This document shows positions 1 through 10,283 of a DNA stretch of 36,280 nt, piece by piece. The translations under genes were made by a program, and so were the position numbers. The notes under the pieces are model-generated. The model searched no databases, was not told where the DNA came from, and saw nothing but the letters and a program-made list of their open reading frames with translations. The stretch's first letter is position 1. Every line of letters starts with the position of its first letter. The stretch comes from Candidatus Heimdallarchaeota archaeon (lineage in GTDB: Archaea; Asgardarchaeota; Wukongarchaeia; Wukongarchaeales; JBHIFL01): contig JBHIFL010000045.1 in assembly GCA_046761065.1 (NCBI GenBank), forward strand, positions 1 to 36,280, written 5' to 3'.

Positions 1-2
1 TT

Positions 3-938
3 CTTAGTCTAGATGAAACTACCCTAAGAAGCATTAGGGGTAAAGAGATCTCAATGATCTTTCAAGAACCGAGTTCCGCCTTAAATCCCTTATTCACAGT
101 TGGCGAGCAGATTGCAGAGGTCCTCTTGCAACATCGAAAAGAAGAATTCATCCGGAACACTCTTGAAACCATCGAAAAGGACCTCCAAATGACGACATTT
201 AGGTTTTTTTCACCGGCAATCATCTATAAGTTTCAAAAAAATCTCTACAATAAAATGTTGAAGAACCCTAAATCTTTACTCCCTCGCTTTTTTTCAAGGA
301 TTCCAATATTTAGGAGATTTCAGAATAGGTTAAAGAGGGAAGTCCGTAAAGAGATCATCCGAATAATCGGGGAAATGAAGATACCCGACCCAGAGAGGGT
401 TGTTGATTATTACCCCCATGAGCTCAGTGGCGGAATGCAGCAACGGGTTGTAATAGCTATGGCTCTAGCATGCAACCCGAAGATTTTGATATCTGATGAA
501 CCAACCACCAGTTTGGACGTAACCGTTGAAGCCCAAATATTACATCTGATTAGGGAGCTTAAGAAGAAATTTGACTCCTCTATTCTTTACATAACACATG
601 ATATGGGTGTAGTCGCGGAAATGTGTGACCGTGTGGCTATCATGTATGCTGGAAGCGTCGTAGAGATCGCAGAAGTAGTCGAAGCCTTCAAAAAGCCCTT
701 GCATCCTTATACGAAAGCACTACTGGAATCCATTCCTAGACCTGGCAAAGAATTCAAATCCATTCGGGGAATGGTTCCAAATTTAATTAACCCCCCATCA
801 GGCTGTAGATTCCACCCGAGATGCCCTCACGCCATGCCAATATGTTCTCGAGTGATCCCTAAAATAATAGAGGTAGAAAAGAACGGACATTTCGTTGCAT
901 GCCATCTCTATTATGACGCAGAGGAGGATATGACATGA
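3..938 (+). CDS. oppD: Oligo/dipeptide ABC transporter ATP-binding subunit (OppD/DppD type), 5' end outside window
   Basis: The frame is open from position 3 (LSLDETTLRSIRGKEISMIFQEP), so ATG 54 is internal. It has YPHELSGGMQQR signature, ILISDEPTT Walker B and a C-terminal PPSGCRFHPRC...VACH motif. Walker A lies upstream of the window. Confidence 0.93.
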   Translation, partial: LSLDETTLRSIRGKEISMIFQEPSSALNPLFTVGEQIAEVLLQHRKEEFIRNTLETIEKDLQMTTFRFFSPAIIYKFQKNLYNKMLKNPKSLLPRFFSRIPIFRRFQNRLKREVRKEIIRIIGEMKIPDPERVVDYYPHELSGGMQQRVVIAMALACNPKILISDEPTTSLDVTVEAQILHLIRELKKKFDSSILYITHDMGVVAEMCDRVAIMYAGSVVEIAEVVEAFKKPLHPYTKALLESIPRPGKEFKSIRGMVPNLINPPSGCRFHPRCPHAMPICSRVIPKIIEVEKNGHFVACHLYYDAEEDMT

Positions 939-1978
939 AAACCTTACTGAAGACAGTGGATCTAAAGAAGTATTTTCCTGTAACTGGCGGCGTTTTCAGG
1001 AAGCTAGTGGGTGAAGTAAAGGCTGTGGATGGCATCAATTTAAGCATCAAGCAAGGTGAATGTTTGGGTTTGGTTGGCGAATCCGGCTGTGGTAAGACCA
1101 CCTATGGAAAGACCGTTATCCGGCTTTATGAACCAACAGCTGGACACATTTACTTTGATGCCCCAGAAGATCTTCCTGAAATAAAAAATGGTCCTGTGGA
1201 AAACCCTCAGCAGCTTCAGAATTTGATGGAAAAATATGACCTTGCCCAATATAAAGGAAAGAGTTTGAAGCGTATAAGGAGGCGGATGCAGATAGTTTAC
1301 CAAGATCCTTCCGCTTCACTTAATCCTAGGATGCTTGTTAAAGACCTTATTGCAGAGCCACTTAAAGTTCAGGGGCTAGCAAAAGGCGTAGAGCGCAGTG
1401 ATCGAGCCTTAGAAATGTTAAAGGTAGTAGGACTTGGGGAAGCCCACCTGTATAGGTATCCCCATGAATTTAGTGGTGGTCAGAGACAGAGAATCGCAAT
1501 CGCCAGAGCCCTCGTAACAAACCCTGAATTTGTAGTCTTGGATGAACCAACCTCAGCTGTTGATGTTTCTGTGAGAGCTCAGCTACTTGACCTTTTCACA
1601 GAGTTACAGAAGGATATGGGCTTAACCTATTTATTTATTAGCCATGATCTTAGTATCGTTGAATGCATCAGTGATAGGGTGGGGGTCATGTACCTGGGGA
1701 AGATTGTGGAGATGGCACCCACGGAAAAGCTATACAAAGAACCGTTCCATCCGTATGCTGTAGCCCTCTTCTCGTCGATTCCAATACCTGATCCAACTGT
1801 TAAGAAAGAGCGTATCCTACTTACTGGTGAAGTACCGAGTCCGGTGAACATCCCTTCCGGTTGTAGGTTTCATCCCAGATGTCCTAAGGTAATGATGGAT
1901 ATCTGTCCCAAGGAGGAGCCCGAGCTTCAAGATATGGGGGATGGTCATCTTGTCGCATGTCACCTATACTCCTCTTAA
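935..1978 (+). CDS. oppF: Oligo/dipeptide ABC transporter ATP-binding subunit (OppF/DppF type)
   Basis: GESGCGKT Walker A, YPHEFSGGQRQR, LDEPTS and the C-terminal GCRFHPRC...VACH motif. ATGA overlap with the upstream stop. Confidence 0.95.
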   Translation: MKTLLKTVDLKKYFPVTGGVFRKLVGEVKAVDGINLSIKQGECLGLVGESGCGKTTYGKTVIRLYEPTAGHIYFDAPEDLPEIKNGPVENPQQLQNLMEKYDLAQYKGKSLKRIRRRMQIVYQDPSASLNPRMLVKDLIAEPLKVQGLAKGVERSDRALEMLKVVGLGEAHLYRYPHEFSGGQRQRIAIARALVTNPEFVVLDEPTSAVDVSVRAQLLDLFTELQKDMGLTYLFISHDLSIVECISDRVGVMYLGKIVEMAPTEKLYKEPFHPYAVALFSSIPIPDPTVKKERILLTGEVPSPVNIPSGCRFHPRCPKVMMDICPKEEPELQDMGDGHLVACHLYSS

Positions 1979-2068
1979 TTGTGGGCATGTTTTTTGCACG
2001 AATCCCAAGAACATTTTAATTTCTGCTAAAGGATCAAATTATGAATAGTTTCAAACAAATAGATTTAG

Positions 2069-2872
2069 TTGAGGCGTCAATCATTGAAATGGAGGCGGAT
2101 CTATACCGGTTTTTTCATCTTAATCATTATTAGTGGAGTTGGAGCTTACTATCTGAGCCAACAGCCCTCCACTCCACCTCCAACAATCCAAGAGAAACCA
2201 CCACAGGTAATAGGCCATTCTGCTTATTTAGATAAAATTGATGAACGGATTATATTTTATACCGTTGTCGGTGTGGTCCAGAATAACCTTAGGACTAATA
2301 TAGAAGCTGTGAATGTTACAGCATCTTTCTACGACGCAGCAGATTATTTGATTGGATCACGATATTCGCCTATTGTAGTAGAGATACTGAAGCCAGAACA
2401 GAGATCACCTTTTGCAATATATATGAAAGTCGACCCAACAACAAGTTTTGAGGATATTAGTTATGAGCTTTCGGTAGAATACCATAGGACAAGTGTGGAA
2501 CCAATAACTGGGCTCGTTATTGCAAACCAAACTTCAAGCATTGACCAAAATGGATATCACATCGTCAGTGGAGCGATTCAGAATAGAGGGTTAAGGAAGG
2601 CTTATTCTGTAAGTCTATATTGCATGTATTATGATGAGAATCACAACTTTTTGACCATATCTCGTACTTTTGTTGTAGCAACGATGGAAATCGGTCAGAT
2701 AGCATCCTTTCACTTAAACTCAAGTCCAAATAAAATAACACCAGCGAGATATGAATTACTAATCGTTCCCCAAGCCTACGGACTGTTATTCGTTTCAAAT
2801 ATCACATTATTTTTTGCTCTAGGGGTAGTATTCGTTCTTTTTATTGTCTATATGAGGCGTAGAGGTTGGTAA
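2069..2872 (+). CDS. Tandem FxLYD-domain membrane protein
   Basis: Two repeats of the pattern vxGxvxN...(F/Y)YD...l (VVGVVQNN..ASFYDAADYLIG; IVSGAIQN..MYYDENHNFL). Hydrophobic helices at both ends, basic RRRGW tail, TTG start. Confidence 0.7.
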   Translation: MRRQSLKWRRIYTGFFILIIISGVGAYYLSQQPSTPPPTIQEKPPQVIGHSAYLDKIDERIIFYTVVGVVQNNLRTNIEAVNVTASFYDAADYLIGSRYSPIVVEILKPEQRSPFAIYMKVDPTTSFEDISYELSVEYHRTSVEPITGLVIANQTSSIDQNGYHIVSGAIQNRGLRKAYSVSLYCMYYDENHNFLTISRTFVVATMEIGQIASFHLNSSPNKITPARYELLIVPQAYGLLFVSNITLFFALGVVFVLFIVYMRRRGW

Positions 2873-3009
2873 AAAGAGGAGAGCGATTTATAAGCCCATT
2901 CCAAGTAACACAACGATTTCTCCATATATCATCTACTCTGTTTTCCAAAAACCAAAAAATCTTTATTTATAGAAATCTACCGAATTTTTCTATGTTTCTA
3001 AGGTAATAG

Positions 3010-3861
3010 GTGAGGCGATTGGGACTTCTTGAGCGGATTCGACAAATTATTTCCACTTATTTCATCGAAGAAACCGGATATAACCCTTTGAATACGATTG
3101 TGTATAGCCTTATCGGCCTAGTGTTGATTTTTTTAATTATACGCTTAGTTGAGTTCATCAACTCTGCGGGGCGAACAAGGTGGCCAGAAGCACACATCGA
3201 TATCTTTCCTGACCGAAGGTTTGGTTTGGCATTAGTCCCATACATTTTGCTAGGGTCAGTGATGCGCGCCCTTAATGATACGGATATATTTTCAACGCGG
3301 CTCTTAGAAACACCACTCATTTTTTTTCTAATCATTATCTTCGCATTATCCGCACTCATTATAAGTTACCTGATTGGTGTGCATACAATTAAGGACTGGC
3401 GCTGGGGCTTTGGAGGAATTGGCCTTTTTGTACTTCTTTTCCCAGTTGTCCAAATTGGATTACTTGTTGAGAATTGGAAAGGAGGTCTACAAGTTGGGGC
3501 AATTGCGGGACTTTGGATCGCAGGACTTATATCTGCCCGCTATTTCTTTAGAAAACGTTATTTTTCTGATGAGAACCTCCCTGTACTTGCAACGCAAATG
3601 TTTGACGCGTCGTCTACTTTCGTTGCGGTGACATGGTGGGGGTATATAGAAAAACATGTACTTCCTTCGTTCCTATTTGAACAGCTTGGCACATGGATTT
3701 TTTTTCCAATTAAGTTCTTCCTTGTCTTAGGAGCTCTAATAAGTTTTGATTACTTGTTAGAGGAGGATCCAATTCTTAAACGATGGTTGAAAGTTGTCAT
3801 CTTTCTGTTTGGATTGGCCACGGGTATGCGTGATTTGCTCCGGCTCATGATGATGACCTAA
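3010..3861 (+). CDS. DUF63 family archaeal membrane protein
   Basis: GYNPLNTIVY N-terminal motif, RALND, FDASSTF, YIEKHVL and GMRDLLR motifs typical of DUF63. Multiple TM helices. Confidence 0.85.
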   Translation: MRRLGLLERIRQIISTYFIEETGYNPLNTIVYSLIGLVLIFLIIRLVEFINSAGRTRWPEAHIDIFPDRRFGLALVPYILLGSVMRALNDTDIFSTRLLETPLIFFLIIIFALSALIISYLIGVHTIKDWRWGFGGIGLFVLLFPVVQIGLLVENWKGGLQVGAIAGLWIAGLISARYFFRKRYFSDENLPVLATQMFDASSTFVAVTWWGYIEKHVLPSFLFEQLGTWIFFPIKFFLVLGALISFDYLLEEDPILKRWLKVVIFLFGLATGMRDLLRLMMMT

Positions 3862-4279
3862 CTCTTATCATTTGGGCTGCTGTTTTATATACCCGGAACT
3901 AATAATACTCGTATTCATGGATGGGGACGAACACCGAGTAGAAAGAAAAAGTGAAATAGGTCAATTAAAATCATCGCCTTCTAAAAATTCTAATAACACA
4001 TGGTGTGTAGTAAGTTTGGTATAAACTCCCTTCTAAAAAGTAAAGCCACGTCTTGAAGCTTTGAAACTCAATCCAATCTCCTAGGAACCATCTCTTGTTT
4101 TTATTAAGGGTTTAAACCCATAAAAGTACTCTATATAAATTTAAATAAATTAATCCAATCTTGAAATTTATCGGGTATTAGATTAAACTTCTGTTTGACT
4201 CTTTCCAATAGCGTTATGATTTGAAGAGTATATTTCCGGAAGATTCATGAATTAATAATTGAAATACGAGCTGTGAATT

Positions 4280-7200
4280 ATGGTTACCAGTCTCCCGAAA
4301 TTCCTTTTTCTTTTGATTCTAATAATAAGCCCCTTCATCTCTCCCGTCTATTTTAATCCGCTCCATAATGCGGATCCGACTACAACAAACAATTGTAATT
4401 CTCTACCAGAGAATCAACTACTACACGCTTTTTCAAAAGCTAAACAAGATAATCCTAACCATGATCCAGTTTTTCTTCAATTCGCTGACACACAAGAATT
4501 GGAGCAAGCTGTGGAAACTCTTGAATCGATGGGAATACAAATTCTTCATCGATATAGACTACTCCCATTAGTCCTTATTGGGGGGTTAACACCAGAAAAA
4601 CTGGAGACTATTGCTAGACGATGTTCAATCACCAATATTTACCCTAATAAAATTCACAAGCTCATTTCAGTCCCTGAAGAACTGATTTCACCTCTCTCAG
4701 ATCCCAATTTGAACTCATCACGGCTTTCCGATATAATTCGAGCCAAAAAATTATTGCAAAAAGGTCATAATGGAACGGGAATCATTATAGCTATCTTAGA
4801 TACGGGAATAGATACCACTCATCCAGACTTTGTTGATAAAATTATTCATGAAGTGAGTTTTGTCGATACAAGTTATGGATATCCAAACAATGAAGATGCA
4901 GTGGACAAAAATGGTCATGGGACCGGTGTTGCTGGGATCGCAGCAGGCACTGGAAAAGCGTCAAATGGGCTTTATGTGGGGATTGCACCTGGCGCCAAAC
5001 TTTGGAACGTGAAAGTGCTGAACTCCTTTGGAAGTGGCCGGGAGGCTGGGATCATTGCGGGAATCGAATATGCGACCTTTGGCCCAGATAACAAAAGAGA
5101 TCCCAGCGATCCGGATATAATTAACTTAAGTCTAGGAGGACCTGGTGAGCCCGAAGATCTGAGCAGTCTTGCAGTCAATGCCGCAGTTGCTCAAGGGGTA
5201 GTAATAACAGCAAGCGCAGGAAATAGAGGGCCATTTTTTTCAACCATTGGGTCTCCTGGAGGGGCTTTAAAAGCTATTACAGTTGGTGCAACTACATTAG
5301 ATGGCGAATTAACTCATTTTTCTAGTCGCGGTTTCAATATGGGGCGCTACCCAGATCCTGACATTGTGGCTCCCGGGCAAAATATCATTGTCCCACTCAG
5401 TAGCAACTCCTTACTTGCCCAAGCCAAATCGATATTTTTCCCACCAAAGTATATTGAAGGAATAGGTGCCAACTATATTACTCTCTCTGGCACCAGCCTT
5501 GCGTCTTCTATTATTGCAGGTGCCTGTGCGCTCTTGCTTAGCGCATTCCCCCGTTTCAAGGAGTTCGGTCCTATTGCTTTACGAATTGTCCTCATGCGCA
5601 CTGCCAGACGTCCTTACCCTGCATCTCAAGCCAATCCAAACCTTTGGGGTGCTGGCGCGCTTGATGTCGCATTTGCTGAATTATTTCTCACAAACTTAGG
5701 AGATGCTCCTGAACGAGATTTGGTGTTTATTTTTCCACATCTTCTACTATCTGAACCGGCTTTAATTGCGTTCCCTGGGAATACATTTGAACAAAAACTC
5801 TTGCTCCTATCTGCCTTTCCAGGAACATTTACTTTTTCGGCTTTAGGCTCCATCGTCCCTTTCGTTAAGATGGATAAATCCTCTTTGTATCTTGAAAAAG
5901 GTGACGTGGTTCCTATCACTCTTAATCTCTCACTACCCATCGATATTGATCTCACCATCTTTCCACAAATTCGTGGGGCCTTGTATGTTCGAAAAAATAG
6001 AGAGTTAATTGCACGAATCCCTTTTCAACCAATCAATATGAGTTATCCAAAGTTACGAGTCTATTTTGATAATTTTCACAATCGGGAACCAGAAGATTCC
6101 CCTCTAAGTAACTTTTTTATGTTTACTAAGCTCCTGAAAAACTCTGCTATCGATGTTGTCATTCAAAATTCCTTCATAAGTTATGAAGCCTTGTCCGCTT
6201 TTGATATCCTTCTGCTACCTGATATGGAACTCATGCTTGCTCAGGAGGAAATTGAAGCTATTTATCAGTTTATCAAAGATGGCGGCAATTTAATCGTTTT
6301 AGGTGCTGAAAAGGAATCAATAGTTGTTGAATCCATCAATGAACTACTGAAACCGTTTGGTATTACCTTCACCGAAACAATTGAATTAACTACCGATCAG
6401 GGGCTACGAATACGTCATGATGGGGATCTGAATGTAACAACCTTTTCTCCTGACCCGTTAATCATAGCTTATCCCCTTTTCAAAGCTCTTGTTAAACTTA
6501 CTTGGAGGGCTGGAATTGGAGTGAAAGTGGACGCAGAAAGATCAAACATTCGAGCACGTGGATCACTAACCTTTAATGAGGTCGAACATGATGTCTTAGC
6601 GGTTCATGAAGCCACACCACCATATCGTGAGAGTGTATTTGTTCTTGGGACCGACTACCTTTTTTATGATGACCTCCTCAATAAAAAGGGAAGCAGCAAT
6701 CGTCAGCTGGCTGAAAACCTATTCAACTGGTTAACTCCTGACAGTACCTTCCTTCCGCAAATGTTGGTTAATGGAACACGTGCAGCTCCAGGGGATTCCA
6801 TTAATTTGATGATTTACGTTTTAGATTCAGAAACCTCTAAACTAATAGATGTTGTAGATTTGACAATAACCGTAGAGTTACCGAATGGAACTGCTATTAC
6901 TCTAGTCAAAGAGGATGAAAAAACTCCCTATGAACACTCTCCTGGAATTTTTCGCTATAGCTACAGGTTTCCAATGGAGCTACACGGTTACTATACCTTC
7001 AAAGCAAACTCATCGTTATTTGAAGAACGTTTATCCAAAACCGTCTATGTGAGGGGAACCGAACCACAAGTTGTTTCTACACAAGTAACCATTCAAACGG
7101 GTGGACTTGGCATCATTGAACCCGATTGGACAGTCTTGTTTAATGAGCCAAAATTAGATCGTTTCGACGATATTATTTCTTTTAAGACCACAATCCGCGA

Positions 7201-7996
7201 TGCAGACCGAGTCACACTTTATCTTACGCTTCTCGGAGACGAATTAAACGATCTTACCCGACAAACAGAGGCGTGTTATGCCTTCCCCATGAAAGAAGGT
7301 TTGGATCGACAATATTGGAGCTTTGATTGGCACCCCAACATCTCAACGCCCGCAGGAATGTATGCCTACTTTGTTTTTCCTATGGCTGCCAATGGCACAT
7401 TTCCTCAGGTCCCAATGAATTCCACAGGGACATTTATCCTCCTTGACAGTGAACCGGTTATCGATGAAAAAAACACCATCATAAATGAACAATCCGTTCA
7501 GGAGTTTGAAGAGCATCAAGACGATCAGCAGCACCTTTTTATCTTGTCTGAGCCCACTGTTACCATTGAGATATCTGGCCAAGATCTAGAAAACACACCC
7601 AATGAATTGGAAGCTTGGGTAATAGTTGTGGAGCAAAGTCTCTTTGTTGTTGAAGACTACATAATTATGTCATCATTTATCCCTTACAACATGCAAACAA
7701 GGACATTTTTAAGGAATTTCTCCCTTCCATCATATTTATTCTTCGGATACTTACCAGCAGACACCGTCCTGATATTCTTCCTCCTCCTGCGAGATGCAGA
7801 TGGAAATTATGGTGAGTTAATTGTGCCTATAATCATCCAACACGAGAGACTTACGTTTAAGGAGTATATAGAATCCCTTATATCATTAGGATTGATAATG
7901 ATGGGAAGTCTTTTCTTCCTCAATTTGCTACTTGGAATAGTCAGTTTTATCATCGCTACAGCAATATTAATGTATTGGATTTTAGAATCAAGGTAA
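4280..7996 (+). CDS. Secreted, C-terminally membrane-anchored S8 (subtilisin-like) serine protease with long C-terminal extension
   Basis: Signal peptide and I9-like propeptide. Catalytic motifs ILDTGID, HGTGVAG, AGN and SGTSLA. A GATase/DUF4350-like segment (FDILLLPD...IYQFIKDGGNLIVLG...INELLKPFGITF), beta-rich domains and a hydrophobic C-terminus follow. Confidence 0.92.
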   Translation: MVTSLPKFLFLLILIISPFISPVYFNPLHNADPTTTNNCNSLPENQLLHAFSKAKQDNPNHDPVFLQFADTQELEQAVETLESMGIQILHRYRLLPLVLIGGLTPEKLETIARRCSITNIYPNKIHKLISVPEELISPLSDPNLNSSRLSDIIRAKKLLQKGHNGTGIIIAILDTGIDTTHPDFVDKIIHEVSFVDTSYGYPNNEDAVDKNGHGTGVAGIAAGTGKASNGLYVGIAPGAKLWNVKVLNSFGSGREAGIIAGIEYATFGPDNKRDPSDPDIINLSLGGPGEPEDLSSLAVNAAVAQGVVITASAGNRGPFFSTIGSPGGALKAITVGATTLDGELTHFSSRGFNMGRYPDPDIVAPGQNIIVPLSSNSLLAQAKSIFFPPKYIEGIGANYITLSGTSLASSIIAGACALLLSAFPRFKEFGPIALRIVLMRTARRPYPASQANPNLWGAGALDVAFAELFLTNLGDAPERDLVFIFPHLLLSEPALIAFPGNTFEQKLLLLSAFPGTFTFSALGSIVPFVKMDKSSLYLEKGDVVPITLNLSLPIDIDLTIFPQIRGALYVRKNRELIARIPFQPINMSYPKLRVYFDNFHNREPEDSPLSNFFMFTKLLKNSAIDVVIQNSFISYEALSAFDILLLPDMELMLAQEEIEAIYQFIKDGGNLIVLGAEKESIVVESINELLKPFGITFTETIELTTDQGLRIRHDGDLNVTTFSPDPLIIAYPLFKALVKLTWRAGIGVKVDAERSNIRARGSLTFNEVEHDVLAVHEATPPYRESVFVLGTDYLFYDDLLNKKGSSNRQLAENLFNWLTPDSTFLPQMLVNGTRAAPGDSINLMIYVLDSETSKLIDVVDLTITVELPNGTAITLVKEDEKTPYEHSPGIFRYSYRFPMELHGYYTFKANSSLFEERLSKTVYVRGTEPQVVSTQVTIQTGGLGIIEPDWTVLFNEPKLDRFDDIISFKTTIRDADRVTLYLTLLGDELNDLTRQTEACYAFPMKEGLDRQYWSFDWHPNISTPAGMYAYFVFPMAANGTFPQVPMNSTGTFILLDSEPVIDEKNTIINEQSVQEFEEHQDDQQHLFILSEPTVTIEISGQDLENTPNELEAWVIVVEQSLFVVEDYIIMSSFIPYNMQTRTFLRNFSLPSYLFFGYLPADTVLIFFLLLRDADGNYGELIVPIIIQHERLTFKEYIESLISLGLIMMGSLFFLNLLLGIVSFIIATAILMYWILESR

Positions 7997-8105
7997 ATAC
8001 CATCTAAATATACTGAATCAATTCATCTTGAACATTATACGACCCAAACTAATCAAAAAACGATCTAAGTTAATGGCCCATTGAAAATGCAATGGAGGAT
8101 ATTGC

Positions 8106-9119
8106 TTGGCCCTTACGCCTCGGTTTGGTCAATTAATTGAGATAATAAGACCAACTGGAAGGGAGTTAAAAATTATATTTAATAGAGTAAGAAGAAATCC
8201 CCTTTCTCTATTAGGGTTAATAATTCTTCTATTTTTTATTGTAATAGCGCTGGTAGCTTCGCAGCTGGCACCTCCCACAACCGAAGACCCTTATATGATC
8301 CCATATTTTGGCCCCCATACAAAAGAATGGATCTTAGAACATTATAAATTTACGCCACATCCTACTCCCCCGAGCAAAACGCATCCGTTCGGCACATTAG
8401 AAGGATATGATATCTTTTACGGTTGTATCTGGGGGACCAGAACCGCTTTTCGTGTAAGTTTAATCATCATCATCAGTTCGCTAGTCATCGGTCTTTTAAT
8501 AGGAGGTATTGCTGGTTATCATGGAGGACTCATTGGCGAAGGAATGATGAGGTTTGCAGACATTTTCTTTGCGATTCCTGATCTGTTATTAGCTATGGTC
8601 TTAATCGTTTCATTACAAATTGAATGGGCAGGTTATTTTGGACCATTACGTGTCACCACCGATTTCTCATTAATGGATAAACTCATAATTGCTATTATCT
8701 TAGTGAGATGGCCCTCTTATGCCAGGTTAATTCGTGGAGAAATACTAGGAGTTAAGAACCAGGATTTTATTGAAGCCGCGGAAGCCATCGGGTGCTCTAG
8801 TTTCCGAATACTGGTTAGGCACATTTTACCAAACGTCATATACCCTATTTTGATCATGGCATTCTTGGATATAGGTGGTGTCGTGTTGTCTTTCACTACA
8901 CTTAGCTTTTTAGGCTTCGGACCAAAAATGGGTTACGCAGAATGGGCTACTATCATCAGTACCTCACGAAAATATATTATAGGGACACCACAAGATCCTT
9001 TTAAATTCGCATATACCTTTTTCTGGCCAGGTTTGTTCATATCTGGGTTTATTCTCGCATGGAGTCTACTCGGTGATACAATAAGAGAAATAATGGATCC
9101 AACACTAAGGAGAATATAA
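8106..9119 (+). CDS. oppC: Peptide ABC transporter permease (OppC/DppC type)
   Basis: HPFGT, ARLIRGE..FIEAAEAIG (EAA loop), RHILPN, LSFLGFG and LLGDTIREIMDP motifs. Confidence 0.93.
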   Translation: MALTPRFGQLIEIIRPTGRELKIIFNRVRRNPLSLLGLIILLFFIVIALVASQLAPPTTEDPYMIPYFGPHTKEWILEHYKFTPHPTPPSKTHPFGTLEGYDIFYGCIWGTRTAFRVSLIIIISSLVIGLLIGGIAGYHGGLIGEGMMRFADIFFAIPDLLLAMVLIVSLQIEWAGYFGPLRVTTDFSLMDKLIIAIILVRWPSYARLIRGEILGVKNQDFIEAAEAIGCSSFRILVRHILPNVIYPILIMAFLDIGGVVLSFTTLSFLGFGPKMGYAEWATIISTSRKYIIGTPQDPFKFAYTFFWPGLFISGFILAWSLLGDTIREIMDPTLRRI

Positions 9120-9121
9120 TC

Positions 9122-10180
9122 TTGCGGCTTTCACAATACATCATAAGAAAACTAATCTCTACTGTTCTAACGTTATTTGGATTGAGCTTTCTCTTATATT
9201 TTACGACGATATTAGTACCTGTAGATGTAAGGGTTCAGTTATTTATAGAAGAACAAAGAATTCAGAATCCGTTTGCACCCGACCCAACCCTCGCGCTTAT
9301 TGAAAAATATGGTCTGAACGATCCCTTCCCAATTCAATACCTGAAATGGCTTAAAGGAATCCTTAAGGGTAGTTTTGGTTGGTCCTATGAATATAACTTA
9401 CCTGTGACAGATGTTATTTTAAGATATTTTCCGGCCACCCTCGAATTAGTAATGTACGCGGCACCACTAATCCTCATTGGAGGTTATAAATTAGGTGTAT
9501 ATTCAGCAAAACGAGCAAGCGTAAAATCTCCACGAGAGGACCCAATCGATTTTTTAATACGGGGCTTGACGACCATCGGATATTCTATTCCTGCATTTTG
9601 CTTAGCATTACCATTACTATTAATATTTTATTTAGGGTTAAGTTGGTTTGGGTTAAACCGGTTGGGGCTCGATGCCAATATATTTGTTAAATCCTCACAA
9701 TGGACTTCTTATACTAGACTTTATACGATTGATGCCTTACTAAACGGACAGCTTTGGATATTTTTTGATGCATTAAATCACCTTATACTTCCTGTTTTAA
9801 CCTTGACAATCAATATGTTAGCCATCATTGCAAGAATCACACGTTCAGGTATGATTGGTGAGCTAATCAAGCCTCAGATTATCACAGCAAGAGCAATGGG
9901 ATTAGATGAGGGAAAAGTACTTAGCCATGCGAAAAAAGGATCATTATCTTCTGTTCTTACCGTTTCAGGGATCTTATTTGCAGGGATGCTGACAGGTGTA
10001 GTTGTGATTGAATATATCTTTGTTTTCCCCGGGTTGGGATCGGTAGTCGTGAAAGCTGCCCAAAGATTTGATTATGCTCTGTTAGTTGGTATTTCTCTCG
10101 TATTCTGTGTCGTATTCATGCTTGTTAATCTAATAGTTGATATTACATACGCATATATTGATCCTCGAGTCAAACCATAA
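9122..10180 (+). CDS. oppB: Peptide ABC transporter permease (OppB/DppB type)
   Basis: YIIRKL, YGLNDPFPIQY, PATLEL, HLILP, TARAMGL, EYIFVFPGLG and YAYIDPRV motifs. Confidence 0.93.
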   Translation: MRLSQYIIRKLISTVLTLFGLSFLLYFTTILVPVDVRVQLFIEEQRIQNPFAPDPTLALIEKYGLNDPFPIQYLKWLKGILKGSFGWSYEYNLPVTDVILRYFPATLELVMYAAPLILIGGYKLGVYSAKRASVKSPREDPIDFLIRGLTTIGYSIPAFCLALPLLLIFYLGLSWFGLNRLGLDANIFVKSSQWTSYTRLYTIDALLNGQLWIFFDALNHLILPVLTLTINMLAIIARITRSGMIGELIKPQIITARAMGLDEGKVLSHAKKGSLSSVLTVSGILFAGMLTGVVVIEYIFVFPGLGSVVVKAAQRFDYALLVGISLVFCVVFMLVNLIVDITYAYIDPRVKP

Positions 10181-10283
10181 CCAGTACAAGTGCATAAAAC
10201 AATTTAAGACAAGACATTATATTTTCTTACCAATTTGTAAAGCTACTTTACTATCGCTTCAGTAATTATCGGAGAGAAAATTT

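Noticed and set aside
3917-4024. 35-aa ORF (MDGDEHRV...) after a TATA-like sequence
   Set aside because: Too short, with no motif or homology evidence.
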